DNA of 64,000 bases. Source: a virus. Under the pieces are notes generated by a model. It had not been told where the DNA came from, ran no database searches, and saw only the letters and a program-made list of their open reading frames with translations. Made by a program: the position numbers and the translations under genes. Location: positions 32,001 through 96,000 of IMG/VR virus record IMGVR_UViG_3300032236_000718, one strand, 5' to 3'. This document shows, piece after piece, positions 8,684-16,920 of this stretch; the stretch's first letter is position 1, and the number at the start of each line of letters is the position of its first letter.

Positions 8684-9082
8684 ATGGATAACATCATTAA
8701 GTTCCCTAACAAAAAGACACCATATACCGGTGAGCCAAAGTCCATTCAGGACGTGGAAAACATGGTCGATGAGTTAAAGATGCACCATGTCTATGAGACT
8801 TTACAGGTTTTATTGCCTATGTTGTTTACTAGACTAGACGCTGCAGGCTTTGACTTCGGTGTTGAGGAGGGAGAAGAGGATCCATTCATCAAGGACGGCG
8901 CGTTCGCTGTCGAGGCAATACGTGCCATGCTGTGTAAGTATCACGGCTTATATCACCCATTCTCAGACATCGCAGAGCATATATTTGTACCAGACGATGA
9001 GGATGAGTACGGCACATTAAAGATCGTTGAGGCGATAACAGTTAAGTTTAAAGACACCAACGCAGAGGAAGGAAACGGCTAA
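8684..9082 (+). CDS. Hypothetical protein
   Basis: ORF downstream of promoter, NIIKFP N-terminus. Confidence 0.75.
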   Translation: MDNIIKFPNKKTPYTGEPKSIQDVENMVDELKMHHVYETLQVLLPMLFTRLDAAGFDFGVEEGEEDPFIKDGAFAVEAIRAMLCKYHGLYHPFSDIAEHIFVPDDEDEYGTLKIVEAITVKFKDTNAEEGNG

Positions 9083-9094
9083 GGCCGATATATC

Positions 9095-9940
9095 ATGATT
9101 ATAGTTGACCTATCACAGGTAATGCTATCCAACCTAATGATGCAGTTAGGCAATCACACTAACGCACAGGTTGAGGAGAATATGGTTCGGCACATGGTGT
9201 TGAACTCTCTTAGATCATATCGCAGTAAGTTTGCCGATGAGTACGGCGAGTTAGTCATCGCGTGTGACAACAAGAACTACTGGCGCAAGCAGACATTCCC
9301 ATACTATAAGGCTAATCGCAAGAAGAATATCGAGAAGTCAGAGCTTGACTGGGCTAGCATCTTCGACTGCATGAATAAGATTCGTGCTGAGTTGAAGGAG
9401 TTTTTCCCATACAAGGTGATCGATATCGAGACGTGCGAGGCAGACGACATCATAGCTACGCTGGTCGGTACTAGCGTGGACGATGACGTGTTGATCCTAT
9501 CAGGTGACAAGGACTTCATTCAGCTACAGAAGTTTGATAACGTCAAGCAGTATGATCCTGTGCGTAAGAAGTGGATCACTCATGACAATCCAGCACGCTA
9601 TCTCGACGAGCATATCTTGAAGGGTGATAGCGGTGACGGTATTCCTAACGTGTTGTCGCCCGACGACGTGTTTGTGACAGGTGGCAGACAGAAGCCGCTG
9701 ACTCAGAAGAAGATCGACGCGTTCATTGAGTTGAGCATAGAGACCAAGTTCGACCATCCACAGTGGCGTAACTACTGGCGTAACAAGACTTTGATCGATC
9801 TTACTATGATTCCTAAAGAAGTACAGGAGAAGATCTTGGCTGAATACAATGGTCAGGAAGTAAAGACCAGAGACAAGTTGTTTGATTATTTTAATGCTCA
9901 CAGGTTAAAGCACCTAGTAGAGCACATTCAGGAGTATTAA
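9095..9940 (+). CDS. rnh: T4-type RNase H (5'-3' exonuclease/flap nuclease)
   Basis: YWRKQTFPYYKANRK, EADDIIA, SGDKDFIQL, LKGDSGDGIPN. Confidence 0.95.
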   Translation: MIIVDLSQVMLSNLMMQLGNHTNAQVEENMVRHMVLNSLRSYRSKFADEYGELVIACDNKNYWRKQTFPYYKANRKKNIEKSELDWASIFDCMNKIRAELKEFFPYKVIDIETCEADDIIATLVGTSVDDDVLILSGDKDFIQLQKFDNVKQYDPVRKKWITHDNPARYLDEHILKGDSGDGIPNVLSPDDVFVTGGRQKPLTQKKIDAFIELSIETKFDHPQWRNYWRNKTLIDLTMIPKEVQEKILAEYNGQEVKTRDKLFDYFNAHRLKHLVEHIQEY

Positions 9941-9941
9941 T

Positions 9942-10406
9942 ATGGGTATGGTTATAGGTGTGGCTGAGTTCCTCGAGAAGGTCTCTAAGCTAAAGTCACG
10001 TAAAGAGAAGGTCGAGGCACTAAAGGCTAATGACTTCTTCTCACTAAAGACGGTATTACAGGGTGCATTCCATCCTAATCTCGAGTGGTTATTGCCGCCG
10101 GGGCAACCACCATTCAAGCCTAACGAGCTGCAAGACCAAGAGAACATGCTTCACAAAGAGGCGCGTAGACTCGTGTATTTTGTGAAGAACGGTCAGCCTG
10201 TAAGGTCACAGACACAGCGCGAGGCTATGTTCATCGAGTTGCTTGAGGCAGTCACACCAGCCGACGCTCTGTTGCTGTGTGCCATCAAGGAGAAGAAATT
10301 GCCGTACAAGGGGATCACGGCAGACATCGTAGCAGAAGCATTCCCTGGTCTATTAGGAGAGGAGCCAAAAAAGTCAGATGGGCAAGTCGAAGCACAGCAA
10401 GCATAA
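9942..10406 (+). CDS. Conserved T4-like phage hypothetical protein
   Basis: WLLPPGQPPFKPN, REAMFIELLE, LPYKGIT, AFPGLL; usual neighbour of rnh. Confidence 0.75.
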   Translation: MGMVIGVAEFLEKVSKLKSRKEKVEALKANDFFSLKTVLQGAFHPNLEWLLPPGQPPFKPNELQDQENMLHKEARRLVYFVKNGQPVRSQTQREAMFIELLEAVTPADALLLCAIKEKKLPYKGITADIVAEAFPGLLGEEPKKSDGQVEAQQA

Positions 10407-10647
10407 CGACCGCTATGCGGACCGTGAGTATATGGACGGTTACGGCGTTACGAAGAGCAATAAGGAAAGTCGCAAAGAGAAGCGCGTAGAGTATCTACTA
10501 CGAACTAAGAATATCGACAACCTTATAGAGGAAGAGGATCAAGGACTTGACCCGATGGACTATGACTATCTCGAGGAGCTAGAGCTTCTCGACCTATTAG
10601 ATGAGAAAGGCTTGAGGCATGCCCACCTACAACTTGATGAACACTAA
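10378..10647 (+). CDS. Hypothetical protein (basic N-terminus, acidic C-terminus)
   Basis: Overlapping operon ORF. Confidence 0.65.
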   Translation: MGKSKHSKHNDRYADREYMDGYGVTKSNKESRKEKRVEYLLRTKNIDNLIEEEDQGLDPMDYDYLEELELLDLLDEKGLRHAHLQLDEH

Positions 10648-10855
10648 GACAAATGAGGAGTTTGAGATGTTCATGAGCTACTCAGAGTTAGAGAAGTATT
10701 TGGCAGAGAACCCACAGGTTCAGCAGCAGGTCTCTGCACCAGCAATTGTGTCAGGCATAGCGACCAAGCCTGACGCAGGATTTCGTGATGTACTTAAGAG
10801 GATCAAGAGAGAGAACTCTCGCGGCTTTAAGAGGAGCACTGTGAATACCTTTTAA
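10619..10855 (+). CDS. FmdB-like small protein lacking Zn cysteines
   Basis: MPTYNLMN...GFRDVLKRIK; precedes phoH as in many T4-like phages. Confidence 0.65.
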   Translation: MPTYNLMNTKTNEEFEMFMSYSELEKYLAENPQVQQQVSAPAIVSGIATKPDAGFRDVLKRIKRENSRGFKRSTVNTF

Positions 10856-10879
10856 CACTAACCAATAAGAAGAATACCT

Positions 10880-11626
10880 ATGGAAACAACCGAGCGTCTA
10901 ACGAGAAAACAAAGAAGAATAGCAAGACAGCAGGGAATTAAGCCGGAAGAGAACATAGTCAAGTTAAATTTTAGGCTCAAGTATATCGAGCCGATGACTA
11001 AGAACCAGCAGCGTGCGTTCGAGGCATACGAGGACGGTAAGAACATGATGCTACATGGTATAGCAGGGACAGGTAAGTCCTTCATATCATGCTATATGGC
11101 GATGAGAGAGATCATCGACGGTTCTGACAGGTTTAAGAAGTTGGTTATTGTTAGGTCGGTCGTGCCGACTAGAGATATGGGATTCCTACCAGGTAATAAC
11201 AAGGAGAAGACCAAGGTATACGAGGCACCGTATCAGTCTATATTCACAGAGTTGTTTGGAAGGGCAGATGCTTATGAGTATCTTAAGCAAAAGGGATTTG
11301 TCGACTTTATATCTACCTCATTTATTAGGGGTGTTACTCTTAACGACTGTATCGTGGTTGTGGATGAGATTGCTAACCTTACTATTCATGAGCTTGACTC
11401 AGTTATAACCAGAGTCGGCAAGAACTGTAAGATCTTATTCTGCGGTGACTTCAGGCAGTCAGACTTCACTAGGTATGCCGACCGAGAGGGACTAAAGGAC
11501 TTCATGAAGATCATCAATAAGATGAAGAGCTTCGAGTTCGTGGAGTTCGACGAGAACGACATCGTTCGATCCAGCATGGTCAAGGAGTATATTATAGCCA
11601 AGGATCGGTTGGGGATCATGGCCTAA
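10880..11626 (+). CDS. phoH: PhoH-family ATPase
   Basis: GIAGTGKS Walker A, MGFLPG, FIRGVTL, VVDE, GDFRQSD, DIVRS. Confidence 0.95.
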   Translation: METTERLTRKQRRIARQQGIKPEENIVKLNFRLKYIEPMTKNQQRAFEAYEDGKNMMLHGIAGTGKSFISCYMAMREIIDGSDRFKKLVIVRSVVPTRDMGFLPGNNKEKTKVYEAPYQSIFTELFGRADAYEYLKQKGFVDFISTSFIRGVTLNDCIVVVDEIANLTIHELDSVITRVGKNCKILFCGDFRQSDFTRYADREGLKDFMKIINKMKSFEFVEFDENDIVRSSMVKEYIIAKDRLGIMA

Positions 11627-11634
11627 AATAGTTG

Positions 11635-11663
11635 TGTACATTAATTTTATTATGTGATAGGAT
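11635..11663 (+). promoter_or_regulatory. Early promoter TGTACA-N17-TAGGAT
   Basis: TGTACA family with AAAATAGT UP element. Confidence 0.7.
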
Positions 11664-11669
11664 TATAGA

Positions 11670-12320
11670 ATGAGAAGAGTATTCGAGCACGAGCCGCTGT
11701 CAGCGATGTCGGTCACCAGAGTGACACTGCACGACAAGCGGTACTACGAGTGTCCGACCGGCACCTATCAGTCGGTCACCACCATCATCGGCGACCATAT
11801 GGGCAAGGAGCATCTCGACGCGTGGAGGGCTCGTGTCGGTGAGGAGCAGGCTAGCAAGATCACGACTCAGGCAGCTAATAGAGGGACTGCGGTTCACGAG
11901 TTGTGCGAGAACTACCTGAACAACCATGAGGATTTCGCTCGCAGGGCAATGCCGTCAAATATACTGACTTTCAATGGTATTCGACCAGTTCTTGACCAGC
12001 ATATAGGCAAGATATATGGTATAGAGCACATGCTATACTCACCGACGCTTAAGGCAGCAGGAACCTCTGACCTGATAGCAGAGTATGACGGCGTCAACTC
12101 GATCATCGACTTCAAGACATCTCTTAAGCCAAAACGTGAAGAGTGGATCACTAATTACTTTCTTCAGTCGACCGTGTATGCTATGATGGTGGAGGAGATG
12201 TATGGTATACCTGTCCCCCAGTTTGTGATTATTATAGCCGTTGACCATGAGGAACCACAGGTATTCGTGAAGCAGAAAGACCAGTTTGTGGACACAGTGA
12301 AGGATATATTCATTCGATGA
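11670..12320 (+). CDS. PD-(D/E)xK exonuclease (Cas4/RecB-like phage exonuclease)
   Basis: YQSVTTII, RGTAVH, AGTSDLI, IIDFKTS, YFLQ..VY. Confidence 0.9.
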   Translation: MRRVFEHEPLSAMSVTRVTLHDKRYYECPTGTYQSVTTIIGDHMGKEHLDAWRARVGEEQASKITTQAANRGTAVHELCENYLNNHEDFARRAMPSNILTFNGIRPVLDQHIGKIYGIEHMLYSPTLKAAGTSDLIAEYDGVNSIIDFKTSLKPKREEWITNYFLQSTVYAMMVEEMYGIPVPQFVIIIAVDHEEPQVFVKQKDQFVDTVKDIFIR

Positions 12321-12634
12321 CAAAGACTCATAAGATCTTAGAGTTGAAGGACGCACCGAAGGACTCGGTGAAGTTAGCCGACCTGTTGTTTAAGGCGGCT
12401 TACGAGTATTTCTGTGCCTGTATACCAGAGCAGCCGCACGACTATATACTGAAGGTTGCTCAGGACTCGGCTAACGACAAGATCAAGAATGCTATAGAGA
12501 ACTTTAAGACATATGACTGGCCGGTGTTCGAGAGTCTAGTCAATGAGATCAACACGTACCGTAAGCTGGCATCGATGAACGACACGGCTCACATGACTTA
12601 CGTCAATCCAAACAAGACGCGCTGGTCACATTAG
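12317..12634 (+). CDS. Hypothetical protein
   Basis: ATGA overlap with exonuclease gene. Confidence 0.65.
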   Translation: MTKTHKILELKDAPKDSVKLADLLFKAAYEYFCACIPEQPHDYILKVAQDSANDKIKNAIENFKTYDWPVFESLVNEINTYRKLASMNDTAHMTYVNPNKTRWSH

Positions 12635-12637
12635 TAT

Positions 12638-12666
12638 TGTACAAAATCTATACATCGTGTTAGAGT
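12638..12666 (+). promoter_or_regulatory. Early promoter TGTACA-N17-TAGAGT
   Basis: TGTACA family. Confidence 0.6.
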
Positions 12667-12672
12667 TATACT

Positions 12673-12921
12673 ATGAGAACATATGACATAACTAGAGTAT
12701 CATACGACACAAAGTTAGGCTACGCGTGGCAGTTGACCTTGCGCGAGGGGACTAATACTAGGACACAGTACCTGTATACTTACGAGAAGGCAGAGGCTGA
12801 AGGTAAAGCGTTTAGTCAGTTTAAGTATTACTATACTCACGACATGTTTAAGCTGACAGACGAGGAGCGAATACTTAAGGAACGGCATCAACAGAGAATA
12901 GCAGCTGGCGTCTACAATTAG
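12673..12921 (+). CDS. Hypothetical protein (possibly near-leaderless mRNA)
   Basis: ATG 6 nt after the -10 box. Confidence 0.65.
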   Translation: MRTYDITRVSYDTKLGYAWQLTLREGTNTRTQYLYTYEKAEAEGKAFSQFKYYYTHDMFKLTDEERILKERHQQRIAAGVYN

Positions 12922-12948
12922 GTCCACTTCTGGACCTAATTTTTTTTT
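12916..12948 (+). terminator. Intrinsic terminator-like hairpin of TAGGTCCA family
   Basis: AATTAGGTCCA-CTTC-TGGACCTAATT followed by T run. Confidence 0.8.
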
Positions 12949-13017
12949 GCACACCAGCGCATTTTTTTATGTACATTATCCCATTCTTATCGTACTGTAA
13001 GAATATAAGCTAACCAA

Positions 13018-13233
13018 ATGGATGAACGAATGTACGACTTAGAGCACGTCCTCTCCCTCACGAGATCTATACTCTCCAACGACAAGCACCAGCAGCTCAA
13101 CGCTGTGTTGGTAGCCAATATCGTAGACAAGAGTCACTGCGGTGACGGTTACTTCTCGTGGGACGGCATACTAGACGACCTGTCAGAGATACTCGGCTAC
13201 GATCGTGCAGCCGAGATACTAGCCAACTCCTAA
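13018..13233 (+). CDS. Hypothetical early protein (cassette 1)
   Basis: Directly after repeat promoter; start may be 13030. Confidence 0.7.
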   Translation: MDERMYDLEHVLSLTRSILSNDKHQQLNAVLVANIVDKSHCGDGYFSWDGILDDLSEILGYDRAAEILANS

Positions 13234-13244
13234 TAGGATCACGC

Positions 13245-13616
13245 ATGATAACACTACCAGCAGGCCGATACCTGATCGGCGACCTATGCTATCGCGACGA
13301 GTACGTGTGGGACCAGATGATCTCCACTAAGGGAATGAGTGGCACAGTACACATCCCATACGAGGGAACAGACCACTCCTTCGTCATTCTCAACACAAAA
13401 TACGGTGACGGTGCCTACGAGGACAACAACCAAAATGTCTATTATGTAGACAGCGGAACGATCGGTATCATGAGTTGGGATGAAGGCACAGGGTATAACT
13501 CACCTATGGCCAGAGTCTTCGAGTTTACAGAAAGCTTTCAGGTATACAATGACAAGGGAAAGCTGCACTTCGGCAATATCGTCATCGACACGGATCCAGC
13601 TCTAGTGCAGTCTTAA
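13245..13616 (+). CDS. Conserved phage hypothetical protein
   Basis: LPAGRYLIGDLCY, TKYGDGAY, VDSGTIGI; start ATG 13245 after AGGA. Confidence 0.75.
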   Translation: MITLPAGRYLIGDLCYRDEYVWDQMISTKGMSGTVHIPYEGTDHSFVILNTKYGDGAYEDNNQNVYYVDSGTIGIMSWDEGTGYNSPMARVFEFTESFQVYNDKGKLHFGNIVIDTDPALVQS

Positions 13617-13622
13617 CCAAAA

Positions 13623-13642
13623 TAGGTCCATATTAGGACCTA
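13623..13642. repeat. TAGGTCC/GGACCTA inverted repeat
   Basis: 7-bp stem, 6-nt loop; partial copy at 13693-13709. Confidence 0.75.
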
Positions 13643-13825
13643 ATTAAAACCGCATTAAATTAAACAAACGCGAGGTAAGGCTTCGCAAAAGCGTCCACAA
13701 TGGACCTAACCGCCCCTAGCGGTGCGTAAAAAAGTTCGTGTCAGGCGCATCTTTTTGTGTACATAAGCCACAAATCATCGTACTGTAAGAATATAAGCTA
13801 AAGCAAACACACACGGAGACACACG

Positions 13826-14053
13826 ATGAGCAATACATTCTCGGTAGCCTTAACCTTTAAGATCTCTGACTACACGCAGAGCATGCTGGACAACCTCGAC
13901 GGCTATGAGGACTACGCGGTCGAGGAGATCTCTCAGCTGTTCCAAGATCTATTAGAGCGTGAGCTGAAGCGTCAAGGCAGGACTCCTGAGCGGTTCATTC
14001 AAGATATCTGCATCAAGACGGCAGACACGATGAACGAGCTGATCGGAGAGTAA
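13826..14053 (+). CDS. Hypothetical early protein (cassette 2)
   Basis: CA-rich leader with GGAG RBS. Confidence 0.75.
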   Translation: MSNTFSVALTFKISDYTQSMLDNLDGYEDYAVEEISQLFQDLLERELKRQGRTPERFIQDICIKTADTMNELIGE

Positions 14054-14054
14054 G

Positions 14055-14082
14055 ATAGGTCCATTGTGGACCTATTTTTTTT
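14055..14082 (+). terminator. Intrinsic terminator-like hairpin of TAGGTCCA family
   Basis: ATAGGTCCA-TTG-TGGACCTAT followed by T run. Confidence 0.8.
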
Positions 14083-14168
14083 ATGTCACAGCGAAAATAG
14101 TTGTGTACATTATTCTCAACTTATCGTACTGTAAGAATATAAGCTGTGGTTACACTATGGAGACTGTC

Positions 14169-14333
14169 ATGAACATGTACACTAAGATGATCGCTGAGGT
14201 TGTAGGCTGTGACACGGATCGGGCACTGCGCATTCAGGACTATATGGAGTCTGACATGGATGTAGACTTCTCTGAGTCGTCTGAGCGTGCGCTGAAGACG
14301 CTGATCAAGATGGCTGCGGAGTCTGTGCAATGA
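14169..14333 (+). CDS. Hypothetical early protein (cassette 3)
   Basis: Start moved to ATG 14169 after GGAG; upstream part of the computed ORF is promoter. Confidence 0.7.
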   Translation: MNMYTKMIAEVVGCDTDRALRIQDYMESDMDVDFSESSERALKTLIKMAAESVQ

Positions 14334-14575
14334 GTCAGGAACTGATGATGCTGGAGCGGCTGCCTCTGGAGCGTGGCAAGCAGGTACTGAAGGAGCACCT
14401 GACTGAGGTGATCACTGATCCTGTTCAGCTGAAGATGATGCTGAACGACATCGACAGGAACTGCCGCAAGCCGTATGACGTGATGCGCATGTACTGGAAC
14501 AGCCGTCTGTCCTCTGAGGGTATGGGCGTGGCCAACTCTAGCTGGAGCCAGCGTAAAAAAGTTGTCGTGGGATAA
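14330..14575 (+). CDS. Hypothetical early protein
   Basis: ATGA coupled, GGAG RBS. Confidence 0.7.
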   Translation: MSQELMMLERLPLERGKQVLKEHLTEVITDPVQLKMMLNDIDRNCRKPYDVMRMYWNSRLSSEGMGVANSSWSQRKKVVVG

Positions 14576-14649
14576 AAATAGTTGTGTACATTATTCTTAT
14601 TATATCGTACTGTAAGAATATAAGTTGAACACACACACTGGAGACTACC

Positions 14650-15069
14650 ATGTCCACACGCTCGATGATCGCAGTCAATGATGAGACCGGCACCAAGGCA
14701 ATCTACTGCCACTTTGATGGATACCTTGAGAATGTCGGCATGAAGCTGCTGAATAACTGGAACACTCCTGAGCTCGTGAGTCAACTGATGGAGCTGGGAG
14801 ATCTCTCATCGCTGGGCACAGAGATCGGTGAGAAGCAAGACTTCGACCTACCTACCAACAGGGATTGGTGCCTAGCATACGGCCGTGACCGCAACGAGAA
14901 GGGAACAGAGGCAGGAACGTTCCACTCGCTCTTCTATGCCGAGGGAACTCACAAGGCAGTCGACTACTTCTATGTCTTTGAGAACGGCGAGTGGTCGTTT
15001 AAGCGCAATGGATACAAGTTCGGGTACTCATCCCTGAGAGAGTATGCCGAGGAACTAGCACAAAAATAA
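14650..15069 (+). CDS. Conserved phage protein (IYCHxDGY family)
   Basis: MSTRSMIA...IYCHFDGY..VG..L...GDLSSL. Confidence 0.8.
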   Translation: MSTRSMIAVNDETGTKAIYCHFDGYLENVGMKLLNNWNTPELVSQLMELGDLSSLGTEIGEKQDFDLPTNRDWCLAYGRDRNEKGTEAGTFHSLFYAEGTHKAVDYFYVFENGEWSFKRNGYKFGYSSLREYAEELAQK

Positions 15070-15157
15070 TTCGCATGACACTAAAATAGTTGTGTACATA
15101 ATCAGAAGATTATCGTACTGTAAGAATATAAGTTGAACACACACACTGGAGACTACC

Positions 15158-15472
15158 ATGAATAAAGACCGTACTCTCGCCCTCACCTACATCCTCACTG
15201 AAGCCGGTATCGATGACCTCAATGCAGTCTATGAGGCTGTGAAGGTTCGCCGTGAGGAGCTCGCCAAGCAAGTCAAGTACAGCATCGCCAAGGGCACCAA
15301 GGTGACATTCACCGCAAAGGGATCCCTCTACAAGGGTGTGGTCCTGTCCGTGAAGGTCAAGAACGCCGTGGTGGAGTGCGAGGTACCGGGCACTGCCTAC
15401 AACGGCAAGATGCAGAAGATCCCCAACACCATCGCCTATAACGTACCACTCAGCATGTTGAAGGTCGCATAA
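15158..15472 (+). CDS. Hypothetical early protein, possible SH3-like C-terminus
   Basis: Cassette promoter and GGAG RBS. Confidence 0.75.
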   Translation: MNKDRTLALTYILTEAGIDDLNAVYEAVKVRREELAKQVKYSIAKGTKVTFTAKGSLYKGVVLSVKVKNAVVECEVPGTAYNGKMQKIPNTIAYNVPLSMLKVA

Positions 15473-15555
15473 AAAGTTTGTGTGACCCGCACTTTTTTGT
15501 GTACATTATCTTATTCTTATCGTACAGTAAGAATATAAGCTGAATGGAGATTGAC

Positions 15556-15660
15556 ATGCTTACAGTGATCCTTGCCTACGCCCCCTTCATAGAGATAGCA
15601 CTCGGCGGCATTGCCGTCTGTGCAGTGTACGAGTTCTTCTTCATGGGAGACGCACAATGA
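15556..15660 (+). CDS. 34-aa hydrophobic micro-protein (not in ORF track)
   Basis: MLTVILAYAPFIEIALGGIAVCAVYEFFFMGDAQ; GGAG RBS directly after cassette promoter; ATGA coupled to next gene. Confidence 0.65.
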   Translation: MLTVILAYAPFIEIALGGIAVCAVYEFFFMGDAQ

Positions 15661-15869
15661 ACGTATCACAAGCCAGTCAGGTCATTGACAACCTTCGCAA
15701 CCGGTATAACTTCGGTCTCTTGGAGATGCTGGAGATCATGACAGACGAGTATGAGTCTGGTGGCCTCAGCTACTTCCGTCAGGTGTACAGCCTAGAGGAG
15801 CGTCAGGCATACAACGTCCTGATGGATGGCTTCCGCACCATGTTCCACGGCGATGAGGTGGCAGCATGA
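15657..15869 (+). CDS. Hypothetical protein
   Basis: GGGAG RBS, coupled. Confidence 0.7.
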   Translation: MNVSQASQVIDNLRNRYNFGLLEMLEIMTDEYESGGLSYFRQVYSLEERQAYNVLMDGFRTMFHGDEVAA

Positions 15870-16060
15870 TGCAGTCATACGTCATCATTGAGGTAGATCC
15901 TACCTACCGTGAGTCCCATGTAGTGGCAGTCTTTGACGATGAGGACGCTGCGTTTGAGGCCCGCAAGATCACTGAGGGCCGTCTCAGCGAGTCCATGAAG
16001 GACCGTGGTGTGTACCATAAGATCACGGTGTTTGAGACCAACAAGCTATACCGTGGGTGA
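15866..16060 (+). CDS. Hypothetical protein
   Basis: GAGGTG RBS, ATGA coupled. Confidence 0.7.
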   Translation: MMQSYVIIEVDPTYRESHVVAVFDDEDAAFEARKITEGRLSESMKDRGVYHKITVFETNKLYRG

Positions 16061-16071
16061 ATAGCTGCTAT
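16061..16071. promoter_or_regulatory. Palindromic operator ATAGC-W-GCTAT (copy 1 of 3)
   Basis: Copies at 16061, 16608, 19029, each 13 bp upstream of TGTAC -35. Confidence 0.7.
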
Positions 16072-16142
16072 GACAAGAATAGTGTGTACATAATCCGCAT
16101 TATGTCTTACTGTAAGAATATAATGATTATGGAGATTGAGAT

Positions 16143-16286
16143 ATGACTACCGTGTTTACTGGCCAGAAGGCCTACGTCACCCGCAAGGTTCGGGACTACC
16201 ACAAGCGTGGTTGGGCTGTCACCAAGTGCCACAAGCACCCAGACGGCTCTGAGACTTACGTGATGACGTATGTAGGAAAGCGGTAA
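16143..16286 (+). CDS. 47-aa basic protein (not in ORF track)
   Basis: MTTVFTGQKAYVTRKVRDYHKRGWAVTKCHKHPDGSETYVMTYVGKR; GGAG RBS after cassette promoter. Confidence 0.65.
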   Translation: MTTVFTGQKAYVTRKVRDYHKRGWAVTKCHKHPDGSETYVMTYVGKR

Positions 16287-16380
16287 GACCGCGCGCCCGG
16301 TGCGACTAGAGAGCACCCAGTAGGGGATCATGGCTAGCCGTGCTTCAGCGATTGATAAGCACCGGGCAAACATTTTGGAG

Positions 16381-16593
16381 ATGATGATGAAGTACGACTA
16401 TCTAAGCATCGAGCAGCTTCGGTCTGCTCTGGACCACATGGAAGCCAACTACTCTGCCGCCATGGACGGTGGGGCATACGGCTTGGCTGACGCCTTCCTT
16501 GACAAGATCACCGGTCTTGCCAATGAGCTGGCACACCGCTTCGACCACCTCATAGAGCAGGATAGCTACTCCCTTGAGGAGACCTTCGCCTGA
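16381..16593 (+). CDS. Hypothetical protein
   Basis: GGAG then ATGATGATG; exact start among the three Met codons uncertain. Confidence 0.65.
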   Translation: MMMKYDYLSIEQLRSALDHMEANYSAAMDGGAYGLADAFLDKITGLANELAHRFDHLIEQDSYSLEETFA

Positions 16594-16607
16594 TAAGCAC
16601 CTGGGGT

Positions 16608-16660
16608 ATAGCTGCTATGACGAGAATGGTGTGTACATAATTGGTTTGATGAGATACATT
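16608..16660 (+). promoter_or_regulatory. Operator palindrome plus early promoter TGTACA-N17-TACATT
   Basis: Palindrome 16608-16618, -35 at 16632, -10 at 16655. Confidence 0.7.
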
Positions 16661-16686
16661 GGTATTATAAGCAATGGAGATACAAA

Positions 16687-16896
16687 ATGACTCTCATCAA
16701 AATCACCCTTCCCACCGACACCACCCTCTTCGACTTCCTCGACTTCCTCAACGCCTACTCCGCTAAACTCGTATCATCCGACAACCTCAATATCGACTTA
16801 CCTACCCAAACTGTAACTCTTGAATTCCCATCCAAACAATCCGCTCTCTCCGCACTCGACGAGATCGGATATCCACACCAAAACGTTTTTATCTAA
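16687..16896 (+). CDS. Hypothetical protein encoded by a nearly G-free ORF
   Basis: GGAG RBS; 19 G in 210 nt by manual count. Confidence 0.65.
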   Translation: MTLIKITLPTDTTLFDFLDFLNAYSAKLVSSDNLNIDLPTQTVTLEFPSKQSALSALDEIGYPHQNVFI

Positions 16897-16920
16897 ACAC
16901 ACACATTAGGAGACACTACA

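Larger units (their letters stand above)
12970..16123 (+). repeat. Dispersed repeat: promoter cassette TGTACA-N13-ATCGTACTGTAAGAATATAAG
   Basis: TGTACA at 12970, 13758, 14104, 14585, 15093, 15500, 16085 with the block starting 19 nt later (15500 and 16085 copies are variants); 14603-14652 and 15111-15160 are identical 50-mers through the ATG. Confidence 0.93.

Noticed and set aside
12916-14082. True integron with attC sites
   Set aside because: No tyrosine recombinase in the window and no RYYYAAC/GTTRRRY ends
14064-14168. N-terminal extension of computed ORF 14064
   Set aside because: Spans a terminator and promoter; true start is 14169
12970-16123. CRISPR array reading of the 21-bp repeat, given the nearby Cas4-like nuclease
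   Set aside because: Intervals are about 350-800 bp, contain ORFs, and the repeat is a -10/+1 promoter block; the nuclease is the ordinary T4-like exonuclease next to phoH
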